A stretch of 62,541 bases of DNA, filler included, from Diploschistes diacapsis (lineage: Eukaryota), in the NCBI GenBank assembly GCA_023645945.1. It is 23 parts of 23 records of this genome, joined end to end, with 100 filler letters (N's around TTAATTAATTAA, not from the genome) between each part and the next. Parts side by side here need not be neighbours in the genome. Positions count along the whole stretch, not along the records: positions 1 to 1,707 come from JALAIB010002704.1; positions 1,808 to 3,513 come from JALAIB010002705.1; positions 3,614 to 5,319 come from JALAIB010002706.1; positions 5,420 to 7,125 come from JALAIB010002707.1; positions 7,226 to 8,930 come from JALAIB010002708.1; positions 9,031 to 10,735 come from JALAIB010002709.1; positions 10,836 to 33,812 come from JALAIB010000271.1; 16 more parts are not named here. One strand, given 5' to 3'. This document shows positions 1 to 12,210 of the stretch, piece by piece. Under the pieces are notes generated by a model. The model worked only from the letters and a program-made list of their open reading frames with translations. It searched no databases and was not told the origin of the DNA. Numbering within the stretch: position 1 is the stretch's first letter; every line of letters begins with the position of its first letter. The position numbers and the translations under genes are program-made.

Positions 1-461
1 CGAGTATTTTTTTGAATAAATCAGAAAAAGGGATGAAAATCGAGGTGAAGATTGATTAAAAAAAACATCGCGTTTATAAGAAACACAAGCATCTAGAAAG
101 GGGGGTAATAAGATAACCCAATTTAGGAACTTGTTAAGCCACGGTAGGGTTAATATCTAGATGCTTGCTAAGTTACGGCAGGATTAATGCCTAGGTGCTT
201 ACCAAGCCACGGCAGGGTTAATGCCCAGGTGCTTGCCAAGACACGGCAGGGTCAGGGGGTGGTTGTATAGATGGGTAGTCCCCGAACCCCGGTAGGCTGG
301 CACCTACACTACTTAACGATACCTTCCTCCCATTTAGATAGTTTCTTCTTCAATTTTTCGAATCGAGACCTTTTACCTGCAGATGCCCAAGCTATACCTA
401 ATCCTTCCGGATCAGGTCCAGCCCCCGGTAGAGTAGCATCCTTTCCTGCGCTGGCGTTTCA
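1..461 (+). mobile_element. 3' end of a RIP-mutated Gypsy-like LTR retrotransposon (family A): internal tail, polypurine tract and 3' LTR (109-461)
   Basis: A purine tract (gaaaggggggtaa) precedes an LTR ending ...gcgtttCA. Homologous copies at 920-1252, 2420-2740, 49238-49556 and 54274-54560. The LTR contains 34-bp tandem repeats. Confidence 0.8.
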
Positions 462-701
462 CGGATATTATGATTAAAAATTTTAAAACACGGATATTTT
501 TACGGATATTATATTATAATAAAAACACGAACACGGATATTACGATTAAAAATTTTAAAATACGGATATTTTCACGAATACTATATTACAATAAAAGCAC
601 GAACACGGATATTACGACTAAAAATTTTAAAACACGGATACTGCCACGGCCGTGTTCGTGGCACGGACACGGCCGTGTCAGTGTCCGTGACGGCCAGCCT
701 A
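462..701. mobile_element. Partial hAT-type MITE (family B), truncated by the LTR element
   Basis: ACACGGA(C/T)A sub-repeats; ends in the TIR ...acggccagccta shared with the copies at 38054 and 44983. Confidence 0.75.
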
Positions 702-1252
702 ATATCGATTATTACGACGATTATATTTTTTATAAAATCTAAAAGCGTATTTAATCAAAAACGACGTTAAAAGAAATTTAAAAAAACAAAAATATTTATT
801 ACGAAAGAACAACGGGTATCCTTTTAAATAAATTAAAAAAAAAATAAAGAACGAGGTAAAAATTGACTAAAAAGAACATCGCGTTTATAAAAGACACAAA
901 CATTTGGAGAAAGGGGTAGTAAGACAGCCCAACCCAGGGACCTGCCAAGCGGGGTCTGCCAAGCCACGGCAGGGTCAATACCCAGGTGCTTGCTAAGCCA
1001 CGGCAGGGTCAATGCCCAGATGCTAGTCAAGACACGGCAGAGTCAGGGGGTGGCTGTATAGAGGGGTAGTCCTCGAACCCCGATAAGTTAAACACCTACA
1101 TTACTTAACGGTACCCTCCTCCCATCTAGATAGTTTCTTCTTCAGCTTTTCGAATCGAGACCTTTTACCTATAGATGCCCAGCTACACGTAATCCTTCCG
1201 GATCAGGCCCAGCCCCCGGTAGTGTAGTATCCCATTCCTGCGCTGGCGTTTC
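702..1252 (+). mobile_element. Second family A Gypsy 3' end with LTR (920-1252)
   Basis: Near-duplicate of 1-461; polypurine tract, then LTR taagacagccc...gcgtttca. Confidence 0.8.
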
Positions 1253-1707
1253 ACTTTCGTTCCTTTGGTTTTATAGTAAAACGTGAGCATTGCATTCCGC
1301 TTTTGATCCCAGTAATTAGGGCCTATTTTTTATAATCTGCCGAAACGGCAGCTAGAATGGAATAATAATATCGATATTGATTATTAACGTAATAGACGGT
1401 TATTCCGGTTTTTGTAAGTGTTTTAATAGTTAAAAGAGGATTAGATAGCAAGCTTACAGTTTAAAAATTATAACTTATAATCAAATATAGTACGTATTGC
1501 CGTATAATATATAAAAGATTTCAAAGTATTACCATTTATTTTATAAACAATGGGTATAAGATTCAAAAACACACGTCCCGGTAGCGTTTCGTTTTTCTTA
1601 ATCGTTCTATTAAGATTGTTAATTATTAAATATATAGGTTATACAGCTCGGTCGTCTCGATGTTGTGTTAATATACTTTTGTCGATTATAACGATAAGAG
1701 GTATAAA

Positions 1708-1807
1708 NNNNNNNNNNNNNNNNNNNNNNNNNNNNNNNNNNNNNNNNNNNNTTAATTAATTAANNNNNNNNNNNNNNNNNNNNNNNNNNNNNNNNNNNNN
1801 NNNNNNN
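1708..1807. other. Artificial contig spacer N44-TTAATTAATTAA-N44 (22 such spacers in the window)
   Basis: The identical 100-nt linker, with stops in all six frames, recurs at every contig boundary. Confidence 0.98.
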
Positions 1808-2419
1808 ATATAGCTCATTCTAAAAAGCCTTCATAACCTATAATCCTTTATTCGACATGATCGTTATTAACAGGCCGTAATATCTTTAAATATATATATA
1901 ATATAATAATGCGGTATCTTTAATAGTAAGGGATTTATAATAAAATAAGGAAGACGTTCATTTAAATAATCGATAAATAATAACGAATAGATTATCGTAA
2001 CCTTTCTTATCCGGCGGGAAGTCCTTGAAATCTATTTATATATTTTATTAAAATCGGTTCGGGATAAATAGAATCTTTAATAATTTAGAAATCTTATCCT
2101 TCAGTTTGTAATTTCTTTAATAGATATAATAGTTTTATACCTAGCGAATTATATCTTTAATTATTTTAATTAATAATATCTTTTATTTAATAAGCCGAAA
2201 ATCTTTTTTAAGATATACCGTTGTTACCGAGTCGTGTACTTTTTTAATAATTAGAATCCGTAAATCTTTTTCTTTAAATACAATTCATCTTCCGCGGTAA
2301 ACTAATAAATCTATTTATAACGTATATTTTCAATTCGTATTAAAGATCGCTGTCGTAACTAATCTTCGATAAAATTTTAAAAATATCGCCTTTCGTCGAT
2401 TCAATATTAAGATTCAATC
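1808..2419 (-). mobile_element. RIP-degraded Gypsy integrase fragment
   Basis: Minus-strand translation PPDKKGYDNLFVIIYRLFK...RYYGLLITIMSNKG resembles an rve integrase core, with many TAA stops. Confidence 0.6.
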
Positions 2420-3513
2420 TGAAACGCCAGCGCAGGAATAGGATACTATACTACCGGGGGCTGGGCCTGATCCGGAAGGATTACGTGTAGCTAGGCATCT
2501 GTAGGTAAAAGGTCTCGATTCGAAAAGTTAGAGAAGAAAGTATCTAAATAGGAAGATGGCATAAATAAATAGTGTGGGTGCCAGTCCTATAGGGTTCGGG
2601 TATTACCCGCCTACACAGCCACCCTTTAACATTTTTGGTACGGCTGGCAGCGGCTATACGCGGTAAGACCCGTTATGTGACCCTGCCGTTATGTGACTCT
2701 GCCGTGGCTTAGCAGGTCTTTGGGTTGATCTATCTTATTACTCCTCTTTCTAGATGCATGTGTCTTTTATAAGTGTTATAATCTTTTTAGATAATTTATA
2801 TCTCGATCTTTTTTTTATTAATATATTTATTTAAAAGAATACTCGTTATTTTTTCGTAATTAACATTTCTTTTTTTTTAAACCTCTTTTAGCGTCGTTTT
2901 TAATTAAACACGTTTTTAGATTCAATAAAAGAACGCGGTCGTCGTAATAATCGATACTATTTTATCTTAAGGTTTCGTTCTCGTCTATAGTCCTTATTAA
3001 CGTCGATTTCTTATGTTTAAATAATATTAGCTACGGGGTTTTCACCTTTTCGGGATTTAATTAATAAAATTTTCGTAAGATATCGAAGATATTTTCGAAG
3101 TTAATGGTGGGATATTAGCTATCGTCGGGTAATTATCTTACTTAACGTACTTTATATTAGACGTTTAGTCCTCGCTCGGGGCCGCGTCTGGCGTACAAGA
3201 TTTTTTAAGCTTTTATTCTTTTTCGGCCTCCATTTATACCGGAAACGATCTAAAATGCGTCTGTTTTTTTAAAAAATCTTGCGGGTCTTTTAAATATAAA
3301 GACGAATGGAGGGTTTTAAATTATTTTATCGATATTAATAAGTTTAGTTCGTAATTAATATCGCCTATCTTTCGTAAGACGTTATAGAGGTTATTCCATT
3401 TATTATTTAGTTTTTTGTAAGCCCGAATGACTCTGATATTACGTATATTTAATTAAACTAAGTCGTCGGGATTAATCTCTGTAACAGGGCGTTAATATTA
3501 GTTCGTATATCGC
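2420..3513 (-). mobile_element. Family A Gypsy 3' LTR plus internal tail (reverse orientation)
   Basis: Starts tgaaacgccagcgcagg, the reverse complement of the LTR end; collinear with 54274-55387. Confidence 0.8.
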
Positions 3514-3671
3514 NNNNNNNNNNNNNNNNNNNNNNNNNNNNNNNNNNNNNNNNNNNNTTAATTAATTAANNNNNNNNNNNNNNNNNNNNNNNNNNNNNNN
3601 NNNNNNNNNNNNNGATGATTATAATAAACATTATTCATAACTTAAGAAAGATAGATCAAGAAGGAAATAAA

Positions 3672-3913
3672 TATTATAAACACAAGGCGCGCTGTCTAGG
3701 GGAGACTTCCCTTGCTGTAGTAGGTAGATAGTCGTAGGTGGTGTAGTAGGGGAATGTAGTGTGATCTCGTAGTCAACAGCATACCTAGGTAGGACATTTG
3801 TGAGGTGTAGGATGCATGAATTGTCTAGATCTACCAGACAGTCCTCCTTAAATGGAGCTGCCCTGAGTGGACCACCCCCACCAAGTCTACAGCCTACTTT
3901 TATGTTTACAATA
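3672..3913 (+). mobile_element. LTR (family E)
   Basis: RIP-altered inverted termini tattataaaca...tgtttacaata after a purine tract; partial reverse copy at 35716-35873. Confidence 0.6.
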
Positions 3914-4163
3914 TGATCTTATTTATACCTATAAAAGACTATCTAAAGATGTTATTAGCAAGCCTAAATATATATATAAACCCTTTAATAAAACATAAAT
4001 ACACCGAGTTCCATTATTTAAATAATCGAATATCCTTTTTTATAACTTTTCGAACTCGTTCCGGCTCCTTTCCGAACCCTTTTTCTTCCGTTTCTATTTA
4101 TTTTTTATCTAATACCAGCCTGCGCAGCAACCGTCGAACTAAATCTTCCCAATTTTATGAATT

Positions 4164-4352
4164 TGTAACAGATAGCTGTGACAGTTCTCCGGGCGAGCGG
4201 AGGAACTCAGTCCTAGCGCCGCGCCAAGGCCGCTCCAAGGCCGCAGGTCATAAGAGGAGTTTTTATAGAGGGATCTCCTCTTTTCTTCTCTAGAGATTAG
4301 TTCATGAATACTATGACCATTACTATCACACTACTGCATTTCATCCTTTACA
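4164..4352. mobile_element. Possible solo LTR
   Basis: tgtaa...ttaca termini, GC-richer than the RIP-mutated flanks; no TSD seen. Confidence 0.35.
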
Positions 4353-4881
4353 TCTTGGACGACTCCAAAATCAATTCTTTCGTTAAATAACGCGTTTATA
4401 TGTCGGCACGATCTTCCGCCAATTTAAAAACCTTTCGATTACGACGAATGCGACGTTTATGTTAAAAACGACGATCTTTAATCTCACGGAATTACTTTTT
4501 TAGCTTCTTCTCTTACTTATTACCCTCGTTACTAAGCTTCTTATCCTTTTCGATCTCGTCTCTTTTTGAAAGGATAGTTCGTTCAACTATTTCTTAAATA
4601 ACAAAAATGCAATCCTTTTTATTAAACTCAACATAACGAGCGTATTTAAGGGAAACAAATAGCATTTTAATATAATCGTAAAAGAACAAATAATAATTAC
4701 AAAATAATATGTTTTAAAAACCCCGAAAACGAATGATAAAATTAAGACGTTTCTTTTATTTCGAAAATAAAAAAAACATCGCTATTTCACGATTTGGGAT
4801 TCTCTTTTATTTAATACTTATATTTACTTTTCGGAATTTATCGAGCCGACAAGGCTGAAGGAAGGGGATAATATTACGATC

Positions 4882-5128
4882 TGTTGAGCGGACAGGCAGA
4901 AGGCATGGCAGGCTCGACCCAATTCCGGAAGGTTCAGGTCAGGTGAACCAGGAAGTTCAGTTCAGCTGAACTTCCCCCCTGAACCTGCTGGGATTCTGGC
5001 TAGACCGGTTCGGGAGTAGCGAGGGCAGTAGGGCTTAGCGCCCACCGTGGAGGATAAAAGTCTGCACAGTAGGATACTTCCTAGGATAAGACCTCTAGAC
5101 TTCAATATATCCATTACGTTGCCAAACA
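4882..5128 (+). mobile_element. Solo LTR (family C, Copia-type) with 5-bp TSD CGATC
   Basis: TGTTG...CAAACA termini; CGATC at 4877-4881 and 5129-5133. Confidence 0.9.
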
Positions 5129-5419
5129 CGATCCAAGTAACTAAATAATAATTTATTTTGTACTTTATAGCTAATCGGGTACTTCCTAATCATTTTTTAT
5201 ATATAATCTAATCATGATAATACCGGTTACGTAATAAATAAAAAAACCTGAAAGGCTATTTTACCCTCTTATAGGTAAAACGGAAAACCGGTAATTTTAT
5301 TTATTTATTTACTTACTTTNNNNNNNNNNNNNNNNNNNNNNNNNNNNNNNNNNNNNNNNNNNNTTAATTAATTAANNNNNNNNNNNNNNNNNNNNNNNNN
5401 NNNNNNNNNNNNNNNNNNN

Positions 5420-7000
5420 GATAAGATCTTTAGACTTTAATATATCTATTACGTTATTAAATAGGTTATAAACCCGAGTTAACTTACTCGAATTACTTCT
5501 CATAATCATATATTAGAAATAAGTTTTCCCGATAGCTGAAACGATTACGAATACGGGACCGAATACGTTAATTTAAAGTAAATTTAAATCGAAAAAAACC
5601 GAAGATTTAAGATCTAAATTATAAAACCTTTGTAAGGCCTGCGGGGTTACACATCGGCCACCTACTGCCACAGCCACGCACCTACATATAGTGTAATAGG
5701 GAAACAGTGCTTCGGGGTTCCTGAAAGCATTGTGTTAGTCTTTTGGCTCAGTGGGAGAGCGCTACCCTATTAGGCACTACCCCCGCTGTTACAACCTTAG
5801 GATAAATAGATTTAAAAATAAAAGATATATTATTATAAAAGATCGCGGGATTTTATGACGTTAGTTAAAAGTAAGCCTAAATAAGAAATATTTAGTTCCC
5901 GGATTCATCATTTATCAGATTAATGAAAAACGATCTCTTTTCTTTCTTCCCGATAACGATCGAAGTTCAATTAAACTTAATATTAAACCCCATCGATCTT
6001 TTTCGTTAACCTTCGACAACTAGCAACACTGCTACCTTCGCTGCTGAATCTAATCAAAACCCTCGACAATTATCGAGAGTTTAATTGAACCTTTACTAAA
6101 CCTTTTCGACCTTTCGACAATTATCGACATCCAGCTTTATCGCCGCTGGATCATCTCGATACCTAATAATCGTCGATATTCAGTTTTACTGCTACTAAAC
6201 CTCTTCGACATCCTTCGATAATCATCGAAGTTCGACTAAACTAAACTGAACTTATTCGATCAAAAAGGCAATAAAATGGAAGATAATCTTATAAAACAAG
6301 CGGGTCACGTTTTTAACAATCACTTACAGCATTGTTACCCGACGAACAAAAGAATTAGCAACATATTTAATTAATTAACATAATACAGAAGATTCAGATA
6401 AAGAAAAACTAAACCTAAATTTATCTATCTAGACATTTGACTCCTATTCGAAGACGACGAATCAAAATCAAGAAAAGAATTATCTATTTAGATCACGCTA
6501 GAAGGATCAGGTTCTAGTCCTCTATATTTAGAATATATTGTTATTTCCTAGATTGTCGGGATAAAAGGTTATACAGGGCAGGATTTGCGATATAATCGTT
6601 GACGGGATTACGACGCTTAGGACAGCGCTACTACACTACAAAATATAACGTCTTCATCAAAAACAATCGGTCCTAGTCGAAAAGATATTCAAATAAACTA
6701 ACATACTAAGTAATTCCGCTTGTAAGGAAGTGTTGAACGGACAAACAAAAGGCATGGCAGGCTCGACCCAATTCCGGAAGGTTCAGTCCTGGAAGTTCAA
6801 TTCTGGTGAACTTGCCGAGGTTCAGTTCAGTTCAGTTTAATTAAACCTCATGAAATCCGGTAGAATCCTAACTAGATCGATCAGATATAATATAAATAAT
6901 AAAACTTAGCGAGTCCCGTGGGGTATAAAAGTCTATATAATAAGATTACTTTCTAGGACAAGACCTCTAGACTTCAATATATCCATTAGGTTGCCAAACA
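5420..7000 (+). mobile_element. Internally deleted Copia-like element (family C): end of 5' LTR, PBS-like ggttataaaccc, RIP-mutated internal DNA, 3' LTR at 6731-7000
   Basis: The LTR end is followed by a GGTTATGAGCCC-like sequence typical of fungal Copia. The internal part matches 39982-40430. Confidence 0.65.
5631..5793 (-). mobile_element. Solo LTR (family D, 163 bp) with 5-bp TSD ACCTT
   Basis: TGTAA...TTACA termini; ACCTT on both sides; the empty site is visible near 40131-40150. Confidence 0.9.
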
Positions 7001-7225
7001 AAATGCGTATTTTATAAAATAAAATTAATTTTTTACGACACGTTATGAAAGGAAACGGTGTTAAAATCGATATAAAGAAAGTATAATCGATCTTTAAATA
7101 ACTAATCTCGAAGAACGTTAAAGATNNNNNNNNNNNNNNNNNNNNNNNNNNNNNNNNNNNNNNNNNNNNTTAATTAATTAANNNNNNNNNNNNNNNNNNN
7201 NNNNNNNNNNNNNNNNNNNNNNNNN

Positions 7226-8000
7226 CCGCAATTCGCTGGTTCTTTTAAAATTGTAAAACGAGTAAGCAAACTCGTTTATAAACTGAAACTCCCTCAATAT
7301 TATAAGATATACGATATCATCAGTATAGCATATTTAAACCCTATTTTAGACCCCGTCGGCGATCTCTACCACCGCCGATCCTTACCTTTACCGCCTGTGA
7401 TCGTCGATTTAAAGGAAGGTTATTATAAAGTAAATAAGCTATTAGCTAAAAAGAGATTCAAAAAAAACAGAAATTAGAAGATAGAATATTTAATAGGTTA
7501 GATAAGATATAACGCTAACGAGGACATATAAATATTTAATAAAAAACTATTACGATATATTAAAAACTTAATCGCCGATTATAAAAGAAAACATAAAGAT
7601 ATTATAAAGATTAAATAAGATTAAAAATAAGATTAAAATAGGGCCAACGAGGATTAAACGGGTGTCGAAAGAACAAAAAGGACTTTGCCTTATAAGAATT
7701 TTTTAGAGGCTTTATCGGAAGGTTTTATCTTTAAGACAAAAAGTTAAAAAGAAGATGCTTCGGATAGCTATTAATATAAGAATATAAGCTAGCTATATAT
7801 TTATATAAATATAAACTTTTTAATAGACGGGAAGATTATGATAATCGTTAGATAACTTAGGGATTGCTGGTAGATTACTTGGGGCAGGTCGTGCCGACAT
7901 CGCTGCCAGCAGGCGACATCTATGACGATGCTGCTTGACATCTTATATACATAAGTAGATTTTCGCTCCGACTTAGCTAACAATCTACACACTTCTCACA
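7226..8000 (+). mobile_element. Gypsy (chromovirus) integrase C-terminus and chromodomain, with probable 3' LTR (about 7837-8000)
   Basis: PQFAGSFKIVKRVSKLVYKLKLP...IEYLIG*DKYNANEDI* with RIP stops; the LTR ends ctcaca. Confidence 0.7.
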
Positions 8001-8029
8001 CTTGATTTAACAGATGATTTGCATGGCAG

Positions 8030-8487
8030 AATAGGTTTCTATTATTTAAATTATTTACGTGGACGATTATACGTTAAATGGTAATTCTTAAAATCGAGAT
8101 TAAGATATTTCGTACGACGAATAAGATATTTAATAAACGAAAAAAGGTTAAAAAAACGCGCGTACGAGCTGAAGAATCATTTAATGTATTAAAAGTAATC
8201 GCATTATAGTCTTTAAAGATCGAAATTCGTATAAAAGAAGCTGATATGTCTAAAAATAAGAATCGTACGAAAGAGGTTAAATTGCGCGTACGACGCTGTA
8301 ATAAGTATAATTAGTTCGGGTATAATGCGCGAACATACGAAATAGAATCTATAGCTTCTAAGAAAGATACTAATAATTAATATAATGAATTATCGTAAGA
8401 ATTGATTACGTAAATATAGTTGCAACTCGTACGAATCGAGAAGGGTGTCCGCTCGCTATGAGTGTCCGCTCGCTATGCATATACGTT
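8030..8487 (+). mobile_element. Fot1/pogo-like DNA transposon 3' end with TIR
   Basis: Terminus gtgtccgctcgctatgcatatacgt followed by TA; RIP-mutated zinc-knuckle-like tail; second copy at 62090-62535. Confidence 0.7.
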
Positions 8488-8489
8488 AC

Positions 8490-8930
8490 TTATAATATTA
8501 TTACGGGTATCTTTTATGCTATTAATAAAACAGGAAATCCGCTTCTATTGAGCTCCCTAGGACTAACAAAGGGATCTATCTTAGTTAACTGCGAAGAACA
8601 GATCTAGAAATATCGAGTTAATTTTAAAAAACATAAAGTTTTTAATCCTGAAGAATTTTTAGAATTACTCCAAAAAGGAATTAACTTATTTATATTAATA
8701 ATAAGGGAGATCGAAAATCTACACATCGAAAAAAGACGGGAAGTTAAATTAGACAGCGTTGGAAAAAACACGCTTCCATTATATTTATAAAATTTCAAAA
8801 ACGTGTTCGATAATAAAAAAAACTATTACGCTATTATTCTATCGATATATCGATCATGTTATTAAAATAAAAGATAAACCACCGTATAGACCCTTATATA
8901 ATTTATCGACAAAAGAATTGTAAAAACTAC
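8490..8930 (+). mobile_element. Gypsy pol fragment (protease-to-RT linker)
   Basis: FKNVFDNKK...YIDHVIKIKDKPPYRPLYNLSTKEL matches the Gypsy pre-RT region after allowing for RIP. Confidence 0.7.
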
Positions 8931-10835
8931 NNNNNNNNNNNNNNNNNNNNNNNNNNNNNNNNNNNNNNNNNNNNTTAATTAATTAANNNNNNNNNNNNNN
9001 NNNNNNNNNNNNNNNNNNNNNNNNNNNNNNGGAGGGGGTTCTACACCTTCTTAAGGGATTCGTCCCATCCCCAGGAACGCTGACCCGGTGGTAATAACAA
9101 TCGTCGACTTTTCTGCTCAACGCCCCGGCTTTTCGACAAATTACCCTCGTCCAGCCGGGCCACGAATGTCCCCCAAGGAGATTCGCCCGGGGAGGGGGGG
9201 ACCTTCATCCCTGCTTGACGAAAGAGAGAGGGGAATGCTCAGATGGAACTTCGATCGGATGGGGTTCGTCATGGCCTGACTTGCCTGGCTTGTCGCGTCT
9301 TGTCGTTACCACCACTCCTACTGCTACTAACCTACTTCTGGTATTCCGTGGAATGGGATCGGCAATGGAGTATACTGTAAACCGACCAAGTCAACAGGAA
9401 CGGGGGGTTCGAACCTGTCGTTCGCGACAAGTGCCCACACGCTACGCTAGCCTTGAGGCCTTTGCTCGTGATCCCCCCCCCCCCAAACTACCGCCACGTC
9501 GCTGCCGCTTTGACCATCGGACGGGGATGTTTTACGCTTGTGTGGAGATGCCCAGAGGGGGGACAACAGAGGGCTCGTGCTTTGTCTTCGACACCTCCAG
9601 GAGGCCCGGAGACAGCATGTGGATCCGAGAAGGGGATTGCCGCAAAATAACGAAATTTCGAAGATTGATGTCACTTTTCGAGGACTGCAAAACGGTCCAT
9701 CGGACTGTCGAGCATGAGTTGCTGCTTCCTCAAGGCTCAACGCCCAGTACGGGCCATCCCGTTTTGTCAACAAAATGCAGATGCAGATGCATGAGGTGGC
9801 AGGATAAAGGGCGACGGACTGTGAGTGCATTCGCAAGGAGCTAGGGAGTACTGCTAACGAGCGCAGATCATTTTGTATCGCGCATAGCCAGTCGATCACA
9901 CGGAGTGGGCAGCACGGTGGGTTGCAGCATGGGCATGTAAGTTCTCAGTGGTTGGATGCTGCAGGAGAAACTGGTAGATTGAGAGAGAGTATGAACTTCT
10001 CCATTCCTTTGTCATTCGACCACTATCGACCATCCTCTTATGGACTATTGGTGTCAATCAATCGATTTTTTCCCAAGCATCTGAAGGGCTTCTGTATACG
10101 CCTGTATTGAGACTCCCAAGGTCTTCGGAGCTCCTCCTTCTCCGTCTGAACCCGTATCCTTGCATCCTGATCTGGCCAACGATCTTCAAAGCAAGCTCAC
10201 TTCCACACAGGATTCAGCGCTGTTTCTCAGGGATACGCCTTCGAAACTTCATAGTTGAGATCATAAGAGGCGGGCTTGTCTCTTGCAGCGAGGAGACGGT
10301 GTTCAAGGAAGAAGCTACCGAGATCTTGATCGGCAATATGGCCGCAGAAGAAGTTCATACAGGGCAGAACTTGGTCGATAGCATGGTAGAATGATTGCAG
10401 GAAGCTCTCCATGAACTCAAGTTTATCCCAATCTTGGGAGATCCAACCGGTCACTGCGAAGGGTTGGTTCATTGTTTGTAGAACAGTGTGTAATAGCTTG
10501 TTTGATATCTTCTCGAAGAGCTCCCACGGGATAGCCGTATACCAAGGGTTCCATCAGTATCACCGACCCTTCGAAATTTGAGCTTATTCGAGAGCCGTTT
10601 GATAATCGAAGACCTAAAGAAAAGTGGACAGCTCTTCCAGAGAGACGTGCGGGAGAACAGGACGTGTTCGACTCACCTATGAAGAGCATTTTCCTGAACC
10701 ATCTCCAGAACTAAGAACAAAAGAGAGAAGAAGGGNNNNNNNNNNNNNNNNNNNNNNNNNNNNNNNNNNNNNNNNNNNNTTAATTAATTAANNNNNNNNN
10801 NNNNNNNNNNNNNNNNNNNNNNNNNNNNNNNNNNN

Positions 10836-11842
10836 ATTTATAAAATTTTATAAATTATAATATTACGTTTATCGAAAACGGTATTAATTATTTCATAATT
10901 AACTTATATCTTTAGAACGCGTCGCGTAACTTATTATTTAAAAGAATATTATAAATCTAATAGTTTTTTATATTACTTAAAGGCATTTTAAAGCTTAATT
11001 ATTTTTAAGACTCGTTAATAAACCTCGCGGAAATTAAACGTATATGTCTGTTGAATAACTTGATCCTATAGTTCTTGACCCTCTTCGGTGCGGCCTTGCA
11101 TTAAATAATAAGTACTTAAAGTTTCCATCGTGCTCAGCGTTGCAGGATGCACGCTTCCATAGTATTGAGACTTCAGATGCCACATATCTGTGAGCATTCT
11201 TTCAGCCTCCGTCAGATGATCTGCTTCCAAGTGGACACAAGCCAGCCCTTCCATGGCCCAAATCAATTTTTCTGTGGGCAAGCCTTCGGTACGTCGAGCT
11301 ACCGAGATTGCTTGCTTATAGAATCGAGCTGCATCGGCATAGCGATAGTGTAGGTGATACTTTCGTGCAAAGCAAAAGGCTTGTTCAGGAGAAAGCGCAA
11401 CCCGTAGGCTCTGATCATAGTTACCGAAAGAACCCTGCAAGCAAGCATTCAAATGGCTTAAAGTTTGCTTCCGAAATGCAAGCGGGTACTGCATCTTATT
11501 GGTCTCCGACAGATAGTGAGCTAGGATCGTGCAAGCCTTTTTGAACAATCCAGGGTCGGAGAGTAGCGCAACAGAAATCGCATCTCGGGCCCCGGCAAGA
11601 ATGGTGAAGTACAGTGCATCATCGAGAGTAGAAAGGGATAGCAGGGACTGTTCTGAAAGATTTTGCAGAATTTTTTCAAACCTGTGTTTGCTCCCGCATC
11701 TTTCGTCCTGAAAGATTTGAATCCAAGCCTCTGCCCTCGTACTAGCGCTGTACAAGATGAAATAATGCTCCGGGATTGGCTCCTCTCCGAAGAGTGTTGC
11801 AAGGGCCAGGAAACGAGACACGAAGGAAGTAAATTGCTGCAT
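10836..11842 (-). pseudogene. NLR-type TPR-repeat protein (kinesin-light-chain-like repeats), RIP stops toward the 3' end
   Basis: RYADAARFYKQA..., AMEGLACVHLEADHLTEAERML...GSVHPATLSTMETLSTYYLMQGRTEEG; premature TAG at 11066 and more stops toward the contig end. Confidence 0.7.
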
Positions 11843-12210
11843 CGGACTGTCTGATTACTGTTAATTGTCGAGAAAAAGTCTGATATAATTGACCGAATAA
11901 TCCAGCATTAATCGGATTAAAGGGCATCTTATATAACTAAGATAAGCAAAAGATGGAACCCCTTTTCTACGGCGCGAAAAGAAATTGAAACGCAAAAAAC
12001 TTCCAACGCGCAGTTTCTGAAACACCCAAAAGTTAAGCGCATAGACTTTGCGTGAATGAACACACCACTTGAAGATGATAAGCGAATTAATAGAATCTGG
12101 AAATATATGTAGAAATAAGATATAGCGCAAGTCGCAAAATTCATACCACCGGACTTCAATTATGGAAAGATCCAAATTCTTGAAATTAAAATCCAATGAA
12201 ACTTCAGAAC

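Noticed and set aside
131..253. 34-bp repeats as a CRISPR array
   Set aside because: They are head-to-tail with no unique spacers, lie inside a fungal LTR, and no cas genes are present.
1752..1763. TTAATTAATTAA palindrome recurring about every 1.8 kb
   Set aside because: Artificial six-frame-stop linker between contigs; ORFs containing X runs are artefacts of it.
11861..12196. 111-aa ORF between FRE and the TPR gene as the missing NB-ARC exon
   Set aside because: No Walker A/B motif, F/L-rich T-tract composition and a non-ATG start; likely intergenic.
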